Source: Guillardia theta CCMP2712
Taxonomy: Eukaryota > Protista > Cryptophyta
Reading direction: 5' to 3'
Length of the DNA stretch: 64,000 nucleotides
Assembly: GCF_000315625.1 (NCBI RefSeq)
Contig: NW_005434623.1
Span: 146,535 to 210,534, forward strand
In this document: positions 23,100-34,270 of the stretch, piece by piece
Position numbering within the stretch: the first letter of the stretch is position 1
Layout: each line of letters begins with the position of its first letter
Notes under the pieces: generated by a model
Database searches by the model: none
What the model was told of the DNA's origin: nothing
The model's input: the letters and a program-made list of their open reading frames with translations, nothing else
Made by a program: the position numbers and the translations under genes

Positions 23100-24260
23100 G
23101 CCCGCGGGCCGGCCATTCACTCCTTGCTCTTGTAATTGAAGGTTGACTGTCGCGACCCTTCTCATCTGCGCCGGGCGCTTTCTCTTGGAGGCAACCAATC
23201 ATCATACTCAGTAACTCGTCGTTGTTATGAAAGCATGAAACGAACAACAAGCTGCTTCGCCGCTGCATCTGTCCATTTCAATGAAACGAATCACTGGGAT
23301 CTTTGTTCCAATTTCCATGATCAATTCTGGGTCTTGCAGATAATTTTGGAGTCGAGTCTGATTTTCTTCAGCTAATAACTCTTGGAATTCGCCTTCCGAG
23401 GTGTCGAACATTCGTTCGAAAGCATCGGGACTTTTCAACATTCTGTTTAATTTCTTGATGCCCTTCGTAGACATGACTAGTCTTTCACAAACTTGGGACA
23501 GAGTTTCGTTGCAAACGATTGATTCGATTTCGAAATATTTCCCAGCCTTGTGAAGAGACATAACTTACCCTCCCTGTCGGTCATTCCGCCCAATGCCGTA
23601 CATATTCCATTGCCCTTGCAAATCAGATCTCTTGACGAACTCCATTCGGATAATCTTGTCAGGCTAAGTTACCACCTGCTAACGCCTTTTGAAGTCACCC
23701 GACTGCTTAATTGTTGTAGACGTGAATACCTTTCTCCTATTAGAGATCAATCATAACTTCATCATATGCAGCTCTCACAGGCCTCTGAAAAACCTCTGAG
23801 TACTGTGTCTCCATATGGAATGTAGGACATCGTCATAAGGCATGATGAACTTCGGACAAGCTTTTGCCAGAATTTCCTCGCTTAACAGTCTACGCCGTAA
23901 GGGAAAATGGAAATTGTGACTTCAGTTGCCTTCTTAGGATTGCCAGCCGAGAATTCATTGTTGCACAGTCATAATTGATCGTGATAACGGCTGAGGCGAT
24001 GCTTCCCGTGAAGTTTGAAGATATCAATCCACTCCTCGACAAGTTGAAGGAGGCCAAGACGATGAGTCCCATCTGGCAAACAGAACAGCTTGAATCTTTC
24101 GCACATCGCATGCTTCTCTTCCACTCTAACCAGTGATATTTTGGCATAGGAATAAAGCAGCCAGCCATGCTATCGTTTGCACGACAGAATCCTTGGTACT
24201 GCGATTTCGTTATACCGTTTGCTGTCAGGGCAACTGCTGCTTCCCCCCGGTAGGCATCAT
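23100..24260 (-). pseudogene. degenerate coding-like region, unknown family
   Basis: Coding-like frames interrupted by stops (VRVEEKHAMCERFKLFCLPDGTHRLGLLQLVEEWIDIFK..L*LCNNEF..DC*ARKFWQK) plus ORF 23208-23561. Confidence 0.3.
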
Positions 24261-24279
24261 TTTTTTTTCAATGATTTGC

Positions 24280-24660
24280 CACAAGCCGGGCCGTCGGCCG
24301 CGGGGGCAACTTAGCCTGGCCCAAGTTCAGTTCAGTGAAACTCCGGAGTCCGAGAGTCACTGACTATCAGCTAGCCGCTCGTCGGACTGAGAGCGCGGCC
24401 GGGCGGTCCGTGACCGTACGGTCACGGTGGCAGTGACTGCACGGGGGGCCCGGCGGTGCCCCGGCGGCCCGGCCCGCGTACGGTACCGTTCCGAGTTCAC
24501 GGTAACGGTACCGTACACGGTGTGACGGCTGGTTGCGGCGCCCGGCCGGGCTGACTCACTGTGTCGGACTAGCCTAGCAGCGCGGCCCGGCGGCCCCGGC
24601 GGTGGCTCCCGAGTCCGCCCGGGTGGCCGGCCCGGCCGGGGCCATCATCCGATGATCAAA
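24280..24660. other. GC-rich palindromic-word intergenic island
   Basis: CGGTACCG, GTGACCGTACGGTCAC, GGCCCGG and CTAGCCTAG words. Confidence 0.7.
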
Positions 24661-24865
24661 CTTCTTTACTCAAAGTTAAGTTAAAAATCAGTACGAGAAC
24701 AACAGTGAGCAACTTGTTTTGTATCCAACCGGCGTTGAACCTTGAACGTTTCAGATCTGAGAGACTCTGTCATATGATCATAGGCAAGTCATAGCAGAAC
24801 AGTGCTGGCGAGTAGGACCCGGTCCTACGGTGAGACTCGTAGCGGCCGACCTTTCAGCACCTCAA
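24625..24865 (+). repeat. ~240-bp dispersed direct repeat, copy B (filled with the 42-nt unit)
   Basis: Aligns with 17103-17338 apart from the 42-nt indel and micro-indels. Confidence 0.9.
24661..24702 (+). mobile_element. 42-nt AT-rich unit CTTCTTTACTCAAAGTTAAGTTAAAAATCAGTACGAGAACAA (putative insertion)
   Basis: Absent at the equivalent position of repeat copy A (17140/17141); 40/42 identical to 43727-43768. Confidence 0.6.
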
Positions 24866-26227
24866 TCGACAACGTCACTGTGGATTACGTCGGCCGTTAG
24901 CCTAGGGAGGTCCCCGTGCTGACAAGCGAGATAAAGCAAAGACAGGGAGGGCAGAGGAAGCACACAGCCACGAAACCGCGCGAAGAAGAGGACGAAATGA
25001 GCGACAACAAGACAAGAATCAGAGAACTCAAGCTGAAGCTCGCGCAATGCCAGAAGATCACTAGTTTCTTCAGGTCCAGCCTACGATCAGATGTTGAAAG
25101 TAAGTTCCGAGAGAATTTTGTGCTGAGGTTGCAGCTGACACAGTTGTGTTGCAGAGTTGTTGGAACAAGTAGAAGCTCGCAAAATTTGGTTGTTGCACGA
25201 GATTCAAATGGTATGTAGATGCTTTCAGCATAACTGTTTGCAAACTTAATGGATTTTCTGCTCAGCTCGAAGCTTTTCAAGGTGATCACCGTCAAGGTGG
25301 CATGAAAAGGAGGAAATCTACTCATTATGCCAGCGTTGCATCAGGAGTGATGATATTCGAATGATGAAATATCGAACCACTTTGACATCAACCAAATATC
25401 CCTGTACTACATGTAGCTCGTCTGTAAATAAACCGTGAGACAATGAAGTTTCAAGTGAAACTATCAGATCAGATCCTGCTCATTCAATGTGAAGCAAAAC
25501 TTGCACCCTCTGGCAACCGTGAACTGAAGTATCGCTCCTGCACTGCCGCGGATCATCGGATCATCGGATTGAGACTCTCATTGCTGAGAGTCAGGGCCAC
25601 GCTTTTCCGAAGTTCTGCTCAGGCTACTGCCGTTGATCGGAATGGTTCACGGTTCACGGTTGGCGGCGTGACCGTCGAACCGTCACTGGCCGGTATCAGG
25701 CTACTCTATGATGATACCTGAGTAAACCGATCACCGATATCATCGAGTCAATCTTATATGGGCCAACACTGTGAATCAAGACGTCGATCGGACTGTGAAT
25801 GACATGCCGCAGTGCTTAGTGCAGGCACGCCGCCGCCTGCGCCGGGGGCCGAGCCCGCTGATGATGATACATCCGTTCCGCTGCGGCTGTCAGCCTGGGG
25901 GGACTCCGGAGGGGAGAGGTGGCGATCGCCGCCATCGGCCTCAACTCAGTCCAGCGCCCGGCCGCCCCACGCGGCCCGGGCCTGGCACTGGCGGCACACG
26001 ATGATGAGCCTGTCCGGGCCGCCGGACTTGCACGCTGCCGGCCGGGCTCAGTCATCATGAGGATCCTCAACTTCAGGCAAGATAAAATCCACAATGGATG
26101 CGCCAGCTGGAGACAGGGAGGAGAGGACAAGACGAGGAGAGGGAGAGGGAGAGGAAAACCTAGAAGATGAGCGATTGCAACTGCCAGGCACTCGAACGAG
26201 AGGAGGCTGCTTTCTTAGCTTGCGACC

Positions 26228-29200
26228 ATGCTGAGACTGGACCCTGACATGCATCGGACAAGGAAAGGAAAATGGCAGACCTTGTTTGTCTTGCTAGCCT
26301 TCATTCTCTGTGCTCGCTGCGAAACTTCAGAGCTCGAGACACTGGACATTGAAGAGGAAGCGAGACAGTTTTGCCTGGAGAACCATTACCATGAAGCTTG
26401 CTGTGAGTCAAGATACCACGGAGGAGAGATAGATTGCTCCTCTTGCTCTGAAGAGGTACACAGTAGTATCGCCACATGTACCCAGACGTACATCTCAGAG
26501 CACAACAAAAGACAGAGAGCGATTCACTCTGCTCCCTTGCTCCGGGTCGCCCTCCTCTCTCCCCTCCACTGGTCTGTGCATGACGCGAGCAGCAGCAATC
26601 CTTTGATGGTCTCAGGCAAAATCTTCGGGATAGATTCCACAACGCCCCCGGACACGCACATCAACGTCCTCCTCTCAGGTTTCTCAGAGGTTGCCGTCCC
26701 TCTGTCCTCCTTCTGCTCTCTCAACCCCCCGCTCGCTCCCTGCGAGTTTCGCATCCCGGTAGGAAGAGACATGCTGGGGAAGGGTACGCGCGTCCTGGCT
26801 GCTCGGCTCGTGAAGGGAAGCGAATGGTCGAGCAGCATTGGACCTGTAGCAGAGCTCTCCTTCCGCTGCCAGCCTCGCTTCCTCTCCTCCTGGGACCAGA
26901 ACTCGTGCTGGAAGGGATTCTTTGCTAGCACGCCGCGGTATGACGCATGCTTGCGCGAGGATGGGGCTCGAATGGTTGAATGGAGGAGGAGGAGGATGGG
27001 GAAGAGAGGGGGAAGGGAAGGGGAAGAGGAGGAAGGCAAGGGTGATGAAAAGTGTCTGCAGCATCTTTGGACGCACAAGGAGTGGAAGGATGTGTCCGAA
27101 GAGGATGGGGTCGGTTCGGGTGATCTCAAGTGCCTAGGGAGAGAGTGGAGGTCACCGCAGCGATATGATGGGATGAGCCTGAATGTCACAAAGGGACAGC
27201 AAGTTGGACTCGTGCTGGTGCTGAGAAGGCCGAGGAGGAGGGAGCTGAAACGATTCCTCCTCGAGTTGCAGCAGCAGAGCGAGGACGCAGGGATTGTTGT
27301 CTTCACTGAGGACCCCCCTACTGTTGCCTCCATCCTGTACCGTGTATCCTCTAGCTTTCAAGTTCACTCTATCGGAAAACAAGGGCAGGAGCAGCAAGTC
27401 ATAGAGGCTTTCCTCTCCAGGGCCAGTGAGACATTTTCTACCCTATGCGCTCTGTCCGGTCAGCCAACCTCTGCTCAGGATACTTCTTGGACGTGCAGGT
27501 TTGTTCTCTTTCACTCGCTCGCGACTGTTCCGTGATAATCTCTCACTTCTTCTTCTTACAGCTCCAGCTCTAACTTTCCTCCTCACTTGATTGATACGAC
27601 TGGTGTTGTCCTCCCTGACGACAACAACCAACAACGGGCTACCTCCTACGTCTTCCCGAGGCTCTACGGCCTTATGGGAAACGTCCTCTTCCAGGCACCT
27701 ACCCCGTGTGCTCTTGGCTTCCAGTGACTTCCCTTCTAGACCGCAGCCGCTCTGACGTTAGCATGGGACCTTGACGAGATCGGTTTTCATGGGAGGCAAG
27801 TCGTGCTGTGTTGACGTTTCACGTGCAGGAGGCTGATGATTATGCAGGAGGTGGGAGGTAGGGTTGCCTCTGCCGCAAGATCACAAGCAGGTGACAAGTC
27901 TACAGAGCTGGAATCTTGTGCAGATTGAAGTTCCATACCCTTCTTCTTTCTCCTCCTCCTCCTCCTCCTGCCCTCAGCCTTTCTCTTCCTCAAGAACTGG
28001 CTGCCTGTCGACCTGACTGTCTTTGATTGATGTTTCGTACTTGTGTCTTCTTTCTCTTGCATCTTCTTTCTCTTCTTGAACATTCACTTGTTTACATCTC
28101 GACAAGTTTAATCGACGTACTTCACAGTGTGCAAAGACATTCATGTCTTCAGTGTTCTCATCGCTCATGATAAATAGACTTGACCTTACATCACATGAGG
28201 TACACTTGTGGTTGTTTGTCTTAATTGACATGCTCGAAGGTGAACGACTTGATGTATCTACAAGAGGGAAAGTGTCATATTTGTCATCACAATCTTACAG
28301 AAGGTATCTTGTACATTTTTCATTCAAGTTTGGTTTCTGAGATTGTTTCGTCAGATGCTTTGACAGCCTCTTCAGGAACTGATCTGATGATCCATGGATG
28401 GCGACAGGTTGGATGTGATCTTGCAGGAGTCAGATGAGAGGAGAGGAGAGAAGAGGAGAGGAGAGGAGAGGAGATCAGGTGAGATGAGATGAGATGAGAT
28501 GAGATGAGATGAGATGAGATGAGATGAGATGAGATGAGATGAGATGAGATGAGATGAGATGAGATGAGATGAGATGAGATGAGATGAGATGAGATGAGAT
28601 GAGATGAGATGAGATGAGATGAGATGAGGTCTGGGGACTCTGGATCTTTGTTTGCGAGAACAATACGGCAGACTAGAAGGGGGGGGGGTAGAAATAGAAA
28701 TAGATTCTTACTTCACCTCATTGCAGTCCTACAAGTACTTCTGGCATCGACGTGCAAAGATGATCGATGCCTTCTCCCTCCCTCCTCACCTCGAACAAGT
28801 TGCACAGGTAAGACATGAGGACTATAAGGAGGAGGAATGAAGGGGAGAGGGAGTATTGAAAGTGAATGGAACAGAGAGGGTGGGGAGCAGTGAGAAGCGA
28901 ATGGTGAAAGACGAAATGGAGGGAAGTAGAGGAGGAAACGGGGAGAAATGGACAGGGGAGTGGGGCAGCAGGGAGGAGGGAGGAGGGATAGACGAGGGAT
29001 AGAGTGAGTGAGTGAGTTAGTGAGTGAGTGCCAGAGGGAGGGAGGGAGGGAGGGAGGGAGGGAGGGAGGGAGGACAGAGAGAGGAGGGAGGGAGGGGTTG
29101 GGAAGGGGACGAGATAAAGACGCGAAAAGAGCACGAGGCTAGTGGGAGGAGCATACTTGCTGACCTGCTCACAGCACCACCTGAGGAGGCTGATCGGGGA

Positions 29201-29953
29201 AGAGGCTGATCGGGTGACGAGAGGAGCGAGGGAGGAGGCAGACTAAGAGGAGGCGGCAGGAAGTAGTTTCAGTCCATATCAGACGCGGGGACCTCCTGTC
29301 AGAGAAAGGGACCTTGCTGTCCCTCTCCTACTACGAGAGGGTGAGATGAGGTGTTGATAGAGATGTCCGGGTGAAGCAGGAGTAGGCGTTCGAGGAGTTT
29401 GACGAGGATGTCCTGTTTCTTGTCTTCTCGGATGACATCCCATGGTGAGATGAGCGTCGGCGATCTGTGCGGACGAGATGTGCTTGTTGTTCATTCCTGC
29501 GATCATGAGAACTTCATCTTGTTCGCTTCTGCCATTATGAGATGTACTTGTTGTCTTTGTGTGCACTCTTGATGGGATGTGGCAGGTGCAAATCGACGGC
29601 TCTGTTTCGAAGACTCAAAAACGGTAAAGAATGTTTACACCTTCAGCATGGAAGTCTGACTGAGCTGATCTTGACCTCAACTCCTTGCTTCTCGATTTTG
29701 CCCTCAATCCTTGTGCTGGATTTTGTTCTCGCCCTCCCCTATCCCCCCTCGCTTCCCCTCCCTCGCTTGTTTCTCCAGTCGTCTTCGTGGAGCTCGGAAT
29801 CGACTTCCTCGAGCTGCGCATGATGTCGATGTGCGATCACCACATCGTTGCGAACTCAACGTTCAGGTGAATCCTCCTCCTGCTCCTCCTCGTGCTCCTG
29901 ATCCTTCTCCTGCTTCTCCTGCTCCTCCTGCTCCTCCTCCTCCACCTCGTTCT

Positions 29954-29995
<42 letters not shown>

Positions 29996-30596
29996 CCTCC
30001 TCCTGTTCCTGCTTCTCGTTGTTGTCGTCATCGTCACCATCATCGTGATCGTCCACCTACATTTTCTCATTGTCAACCTCCCCTTGTTGTTTTTGACCTC
30101 CCTCCTTTTTCCTTTTCACTGCGAACTTCGTTCGTCAGCGTCTGGGCTGCATATCTACATAGCCTTCCACCTTGGAGGAGGAGGAGGAGGAGGAGAAGAA
30201 AGAGAAAGTCGAAAGTCGTATGTCCTCAGATTTGGGGCAGAGGCGACGAGGTGAGAGAGGGAGCGAGATGAAGAGAGTAATGAAACAGGAATGGAGGCAA
30301 GCGATGGGCAGAAAGGAGGAAGGAAGAGAGAGAGGAGGGAGAGGAGGGAGGGGAGGGGACGGACTTATTCTAATGGCAGGGTGGAAAGCAATTCGGAGAG
30401 GGGGAAGTTTATCCACCAGAATGGATTCGCATCCCCAACGACTTTGTCAGGTGATGAAAGGGGCTGGGCTGAGGAGAAGGAGGAGGAAGAGGAGAGGAGG
30501 AGGAGGAGAGGAGGAGGAGGAAAAGAGGGGGAGTGAGGAGGAAGAGGAAGAGGAGAGGAGGAGAGAGGATGAAGAGAATAGGATCTTATGAGATAG
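26228..30596 (+). CDS. glycosyltransferase family 11 (alpha-1,2-fucosyltransferase-like) with long N-terminal extension, multi-exon
   Basis: Signal-like LFVLLAFILCARC. Exons give RLYGLMGNVLFQ, SLQSYKYF, VVSVHIRRGD, FLVFSDDIPW-C, LRMMSMCDHHIVANSTF-SVWAAYL, KVVCPQIW, LILMAGWKAI. Confidence 0.8.
28481..28625 (+). repeat. (GAGAT)n microsatellite, ~29 units, intronic
   Basis: Perfect pentamer run. Confidence 0.97.
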
Positions 30597-30835
30597 CAGG
30601 ACGGGCGATGGAGAATAATATCTACACGGTTTTGCTACCACTTGAATTTATGAGGTTTTGAAGGTGCACAGGAGGGCAAAAGGTAAGTGAGCAAGGAGAT
30701 GAATCCAATTTGTATTCTAGCTGTGAAATGTACAAACTTTCAGCCTGTTGCTGTGAACAATCATTAAATGCTCTTGCACTTGCATCGTCCTTCGTCGTGT
30801 TGTCATCACTCGCTCCGTTCCCTTTCCCTCCTCCT

Positions 30836-33220
30836 CTACTTCTTCATCAACAGACCCGAGAAGCAGCCGATCTTGCTGTGGGAGCCCTTGTTGGTCGCTC
30901 GAAAGACCCCCTTCCCCTCCTGCTCGTGAAATCTTTCCGAAGCTCTGCATATAATCGCCTCCTTCTCTTCCCTCCTCCTCCTCCACGACACTGGATCTCC
31001 CCGCTCACCAGGGGGGGCAGGAGCAACATGCTTCATCGCTGCGATGATACACGAGTGAACCTCCCGGACAACTCTCCTCCTCCGCTCCTCCTCCATCGTC
31101 TGCCATGAACGAGCCGCCTCCTCCTTCACTCCTTCGATGCTCAGCCCTGCCGTCTTGCTTTCCTCTTGCATCCTTCTCCTCGTGATTGCTACCCACACCT
31201 CGTAGAGGCAGAGCCCATGGCTGAGATAATACTTCGCTACTCGCTCCCCCTCCTCCTTGCTGTACAAGTCCATCTTGTCCATCGGCTCTGGAACTTCCCC
31301 CCTCCTCAGGTCCTCGGCTGCGTCCTGCGAGGAGGCAAACCACTGCTGCCCCCTTGCCTCTGGGCTCGCAAACCCAAGTCCACTCCCCAGCAGCCTTCCG
31401 GCTCTGACGTCTTCCACTGTCTCCGCCACAAGCTCTCGAGCCTCTTTGAAGTAGAGCTCGATGTCAGCTGGGGTGAGCTCAGCACGGGCAGTGAGCGAGT
31501 CCTGTTTATCGCAGTCGGAGAAGAAGGAGATGTTGCGAAGGGACCGCTGCTGCTCTTCGCTCCCCCGACTCCTTCCGATGTACCGCCACTCCCCCGTCCT
31601 AGGAACGAGCCGGTAGAGAGGTAGGAGCTTCCAGCCGTGCTCGGCGACGAACAGAACGGCATTAACAAGGAAGCGGGCCGTCTTTTCCGAGAGGAAGAAG
31701 TTGAAGTTGAGCCGCACGAACCCGGGTTTGATCGCTTCGTCCCCCTGCAGGGCAGCCGTCTCGATCACGAACCCTGCCGAAACGCTTATGTCAAAGAGCC
31801 GCTGGCCAAAGGGGCCGGCGCACGCGCACCCTGCTCGGCTCTGGATGCCGAAGAGGTCGTTGAGCAGGCAAGCGACGAAGTTGTGATGCAGCAGCCGCTT
31901 CCCGTGCGCCACCACGAACGAGACGATGCTCAGCCGCGGCAGGTTCTCGTCCCCCAAGATGAACACCTTCCCGCTAGCCCCCCATGCTGCCTTTGCCTCC
32001 TTCCAGAAGTGACGCTCCCGCTCCTCGATCGTTCTCACTCCCACCTCCATCTTCAGTCGGAACACCAGACCGCACCGGATCGCTCCTACGATCTCCGGCG
32101 TGCCTCCCTCCTCCCTCTCCTCGACCGAGTCTAGGTACCGATGCTCGAAGTTGGACACGAACAGGACGGTCCCTCCCGCTGGCGTGCAGGGAGACCCTCG
32201 CGCCTTGGCGTCCTCATATACGGCCTTCTTGTTGAAGACGAGGACCCCGGGAGTCGACGGCCCCCCCACGAACTTGTGCGGAGAGATGAAGACAGCGTCC
32301 TTGTAGGCCAGAGGCCTCGAGGGGTTCATGTCGATGTCCACGTAGGGCCCAGCAGCCGCGTAGTCGAAGAAGGCGAGGGCTCCGTGCTCGTGGAGGACTG
32401 TAGCGATCTCTTCTACATCCGTCAGCACTCCCGTGACGTTGGAGGCGGCGGAGAATGATCCTATCTTCATCCTCCTCCCCCTGTTCTTCAACAGCACCCG
32501 GCGCAGGTCGTCAAGGTCGACTCCTCCCTTCCCCTTCAGCTGCACCTCCACCACATCCGCGTCGCTCTCCCGCCATGGCAGGATGTTGGAATGATGCTCG
32601 TACGGTCCGATGATGACCAGCGGCCGCTCCTTCCTCTCCAGGCTCTCCCTCCACCCCTTGCTCTGCTTCAGCAGCTGAACCATCTTGTAGATGGCTGCTG
32701 TGCATCCTGACCCCGCGAACAACACGACGTCTTTGCCTTCCTTGCCGTGAACGCTCTCGAAGATGATGCTCCTCGCTTCCTCGCGGTACTTGGAGGTCTG
32801 CTTCCCCGTGTGTGACACCGTCGTGTGCGTGTTGGCGTAGTGGGGCAGCACTTCATGCCGGATCGCGTCCTCAATGAACGTGAGCGAACGGCCGGAAGCT
32901 GTGTAGTCCGCGTAGACGAGCTTGCGAGTCCCGAAGGGGGTCTGAACAGGAGCACATGATCCGATTACAGACGCCTCAATCTGCTCGAGCAGACTTGCTT
33001 CCCCCCGGTCGTTCTGAAAGGGCACAGTGGGAGCCAGCGAGGCTGTTCGGCTGAAGGATTCGCTTGCCTTTTGGCTGGAGAAAGAGCCGTCGGGCTGGAC
33101 GGGCTGGAACTGCATCTTGCTCACCATAGAGCTCTCAGGTTCTCCGTATCCAAAGTTGGTCCCTACTTCCAGCACATCCTCAACGATCTGCAGCTGGAGG
33201 TCGTCGAAGGAAGTGGCCAT
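30836..33220 (-). CDS. PLP-dependent aminotransferase class V / cysteine desulfurase-like protein, intronless
   Basis: YADYTASGRSL, YANTHT, EHHSNILPWRE, GSFSAASNVTG, FFDYAAAGPY, FISPHKFVGGP (PLP Lys), EEGGTP, GIQSRAGCACAGP, KPGFVRLNF. Likely start MATSFDD at 33220. Confidence 0.9.
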   Translation of the reverse strand: MATSFDDLQLQIVEDVLEVGTNFGYGEPESSMVSKMQFQPVQPDGSFSSQKASESFSRTASLAPTVPFQNDRGEASLLEQIEASVIGSCAPVQTPFGTRKLVYADYTASGRSLTFIEDAIRHEVLPHYANTHTTVSHTGKQTSKYREEARSIIFESVHGKEGKDVVLFAGSGCTAAIYKMVQLLKQSKGWRESLERKERPLVIIGPYEHHSNILPWRESDADVVEVQLKGKGGVDLDDLRRVLLKNRGRRMKIGSFSAASNVTGVLTDVEEIATVLHEHGALAFFDYAAAGPYVDIDMNPSRPLAYKDAVFISPHKFVGGPSTPGVLVFNKKAVYEDAKARGSPCTPAGGTVLFVSNFEHRYLDSVEEREEGGTPEIVGAIRCGLVFRLKMEVGVRTIEERERHFWKEAKAAWGASGKVFILGDENLPRLSIVSFVVAHGKRLLHHNFVACLLNDLFGIQSRAGCACAGPFGQRLFDISVSAGFVIETAALQGDEAIKPGFVRLNFNFFLSEKTARFLVNAVLFVAEHGWKLLPLYRLVPRTGEWRYIGRSRGSEEQQRSLRNISFFSDCDKQDSLTARAELTPADIELYFKEARELVAETVEDVRAGRLLGSGLGFASPEARGQQWFASSQDAAEDLRRGEVPEPMDKMDLYSKEEGERVAKYYLSHGLCLYEVWVAITRRRMQEESKTAGLSIEGVKEEAARSWQTMEEERRRRVVREVHSCIIAAMKHVAPAPPGERGDPVSWRRRREEKEAIICRASERFHEQEGKGVFRATNKGSHSKIGCFSGLLMKK

Positions 33221-34104
33221 GGAGATCTTGGTATGTCGATCAACAGGAGGAAGGGGAGAGGAGCAGGTTCGGAGAGCAGGCGGATCCTGATATCCCCCTG
33301 TCACATTCCCCTCCACAGCTCGCAGTTTGCACCTTTGCCCACCACCCACCCCCCTTTACCCCACTTCTTTGGGGAATTGGAGGGGTCCATAACTGAAGAC
33401 AAGATACAGTTGTGCCCCACCCCCTGTACTTGTCACCCGTATCCCCCATTACTTTACTTCATACAGTACCACCGGTCCTCTCCCCTGCCTTGCACCATGT
33501 ACCCCACCCTGTTTCTAAACCACAAATTAACACCTGATATCGTAACGATATCTGTAACGGTAAAATTTGTACCAAACTAAAATTAGCTGAAAGTTTTACT
33601 GAACACCAAAAAAGGCTGTCCAGGGATCACCCAACGGCCGCGGTACAATCTTTCACTCAATTGTCAATATCCCTGCTACTGAAAACTTTAGTCAAGTGGT
33701 GTCACCGAGTACTGGCAGGAGCAATAGGAAACGGTCAAGTTCCGCCCTCCTCCGCCCCCTTTGCAACGGCCCCCCGGCCACTGCAATAATGAGTGCGCCT
33801 CAGGTTTATGTCGTGGGGCAGAGCCTAATTGAATGAAGATGATTAAGAAGAGCAATTGTCTGTCTGCTGTGCTGCTGCAATTGAGCCCTTAGTGCTTTGA
33901 GGGAGGCGGGCTGCCTGCCCTTTCAGGAGTCCGCGCTAAGGGAGAAAAATCTGGTCATGGATAATCATCGACCTTGAAGTGGGGGGACCGTCAAGCGGGG
34001 GAATAGTAGTAGTAGTACGGTCGGACCCCATCAAAGCGCCTGGGGCCGAGACTTTGAACGTTTACTCTGCGGCGGCCGGGGTTGCCGTCGGCGTTCCGAG
34101 GCAC

Positions 34105-34170
34105 TAACTTAGCTTTGAGTAAATCCTCGACTCTCTGAGTACTGATCTTTAACTTAACTTAGAGTAAAGA
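34105..34170 (-). repeat. two adjacent copies of the AT-rich dyad unit (34105-34123 partial, 34138-34170)
   Basis: TAACTTAGCTTTGAGTAAA and AGTACTGATCTTTAACTTAACTTAGAGTAAAGA in GC-rich island 33990-34270. Confidence 0.8.
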
Positions 34171-34270
34171 TCATCGCCGTGGCGCCGCGGGCCCGGGGTA
34201 TGATCAGTCGAGGCTCGTAAGACCAGTTTTAAACTTAACCGTAACGTTGAGTGTACGGTAGTACCGGGGG

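Noticed and set aside
24659-24703. AAC target-site duplication around the 42-nt unit
   Set aside because: The terminal ACAA is also present in the 43727-43768 copy, so it may belong to the unit. One site cannot establish a TSD.
17103-24865. LTR retrotransposon bounded by the 240-bp direct repeats
   Set aside because: No TG..CA termini, PBS/PPT, gag, RT or integrase were seen, and the interior includes an intron-rich host-type gene.
28481-28625. Telomeric repeat or SSHLI-repeat protein
   Set aside because: Internal intronic (GAGAT)n microsatellite; the peptide repeat is a translation artefact.
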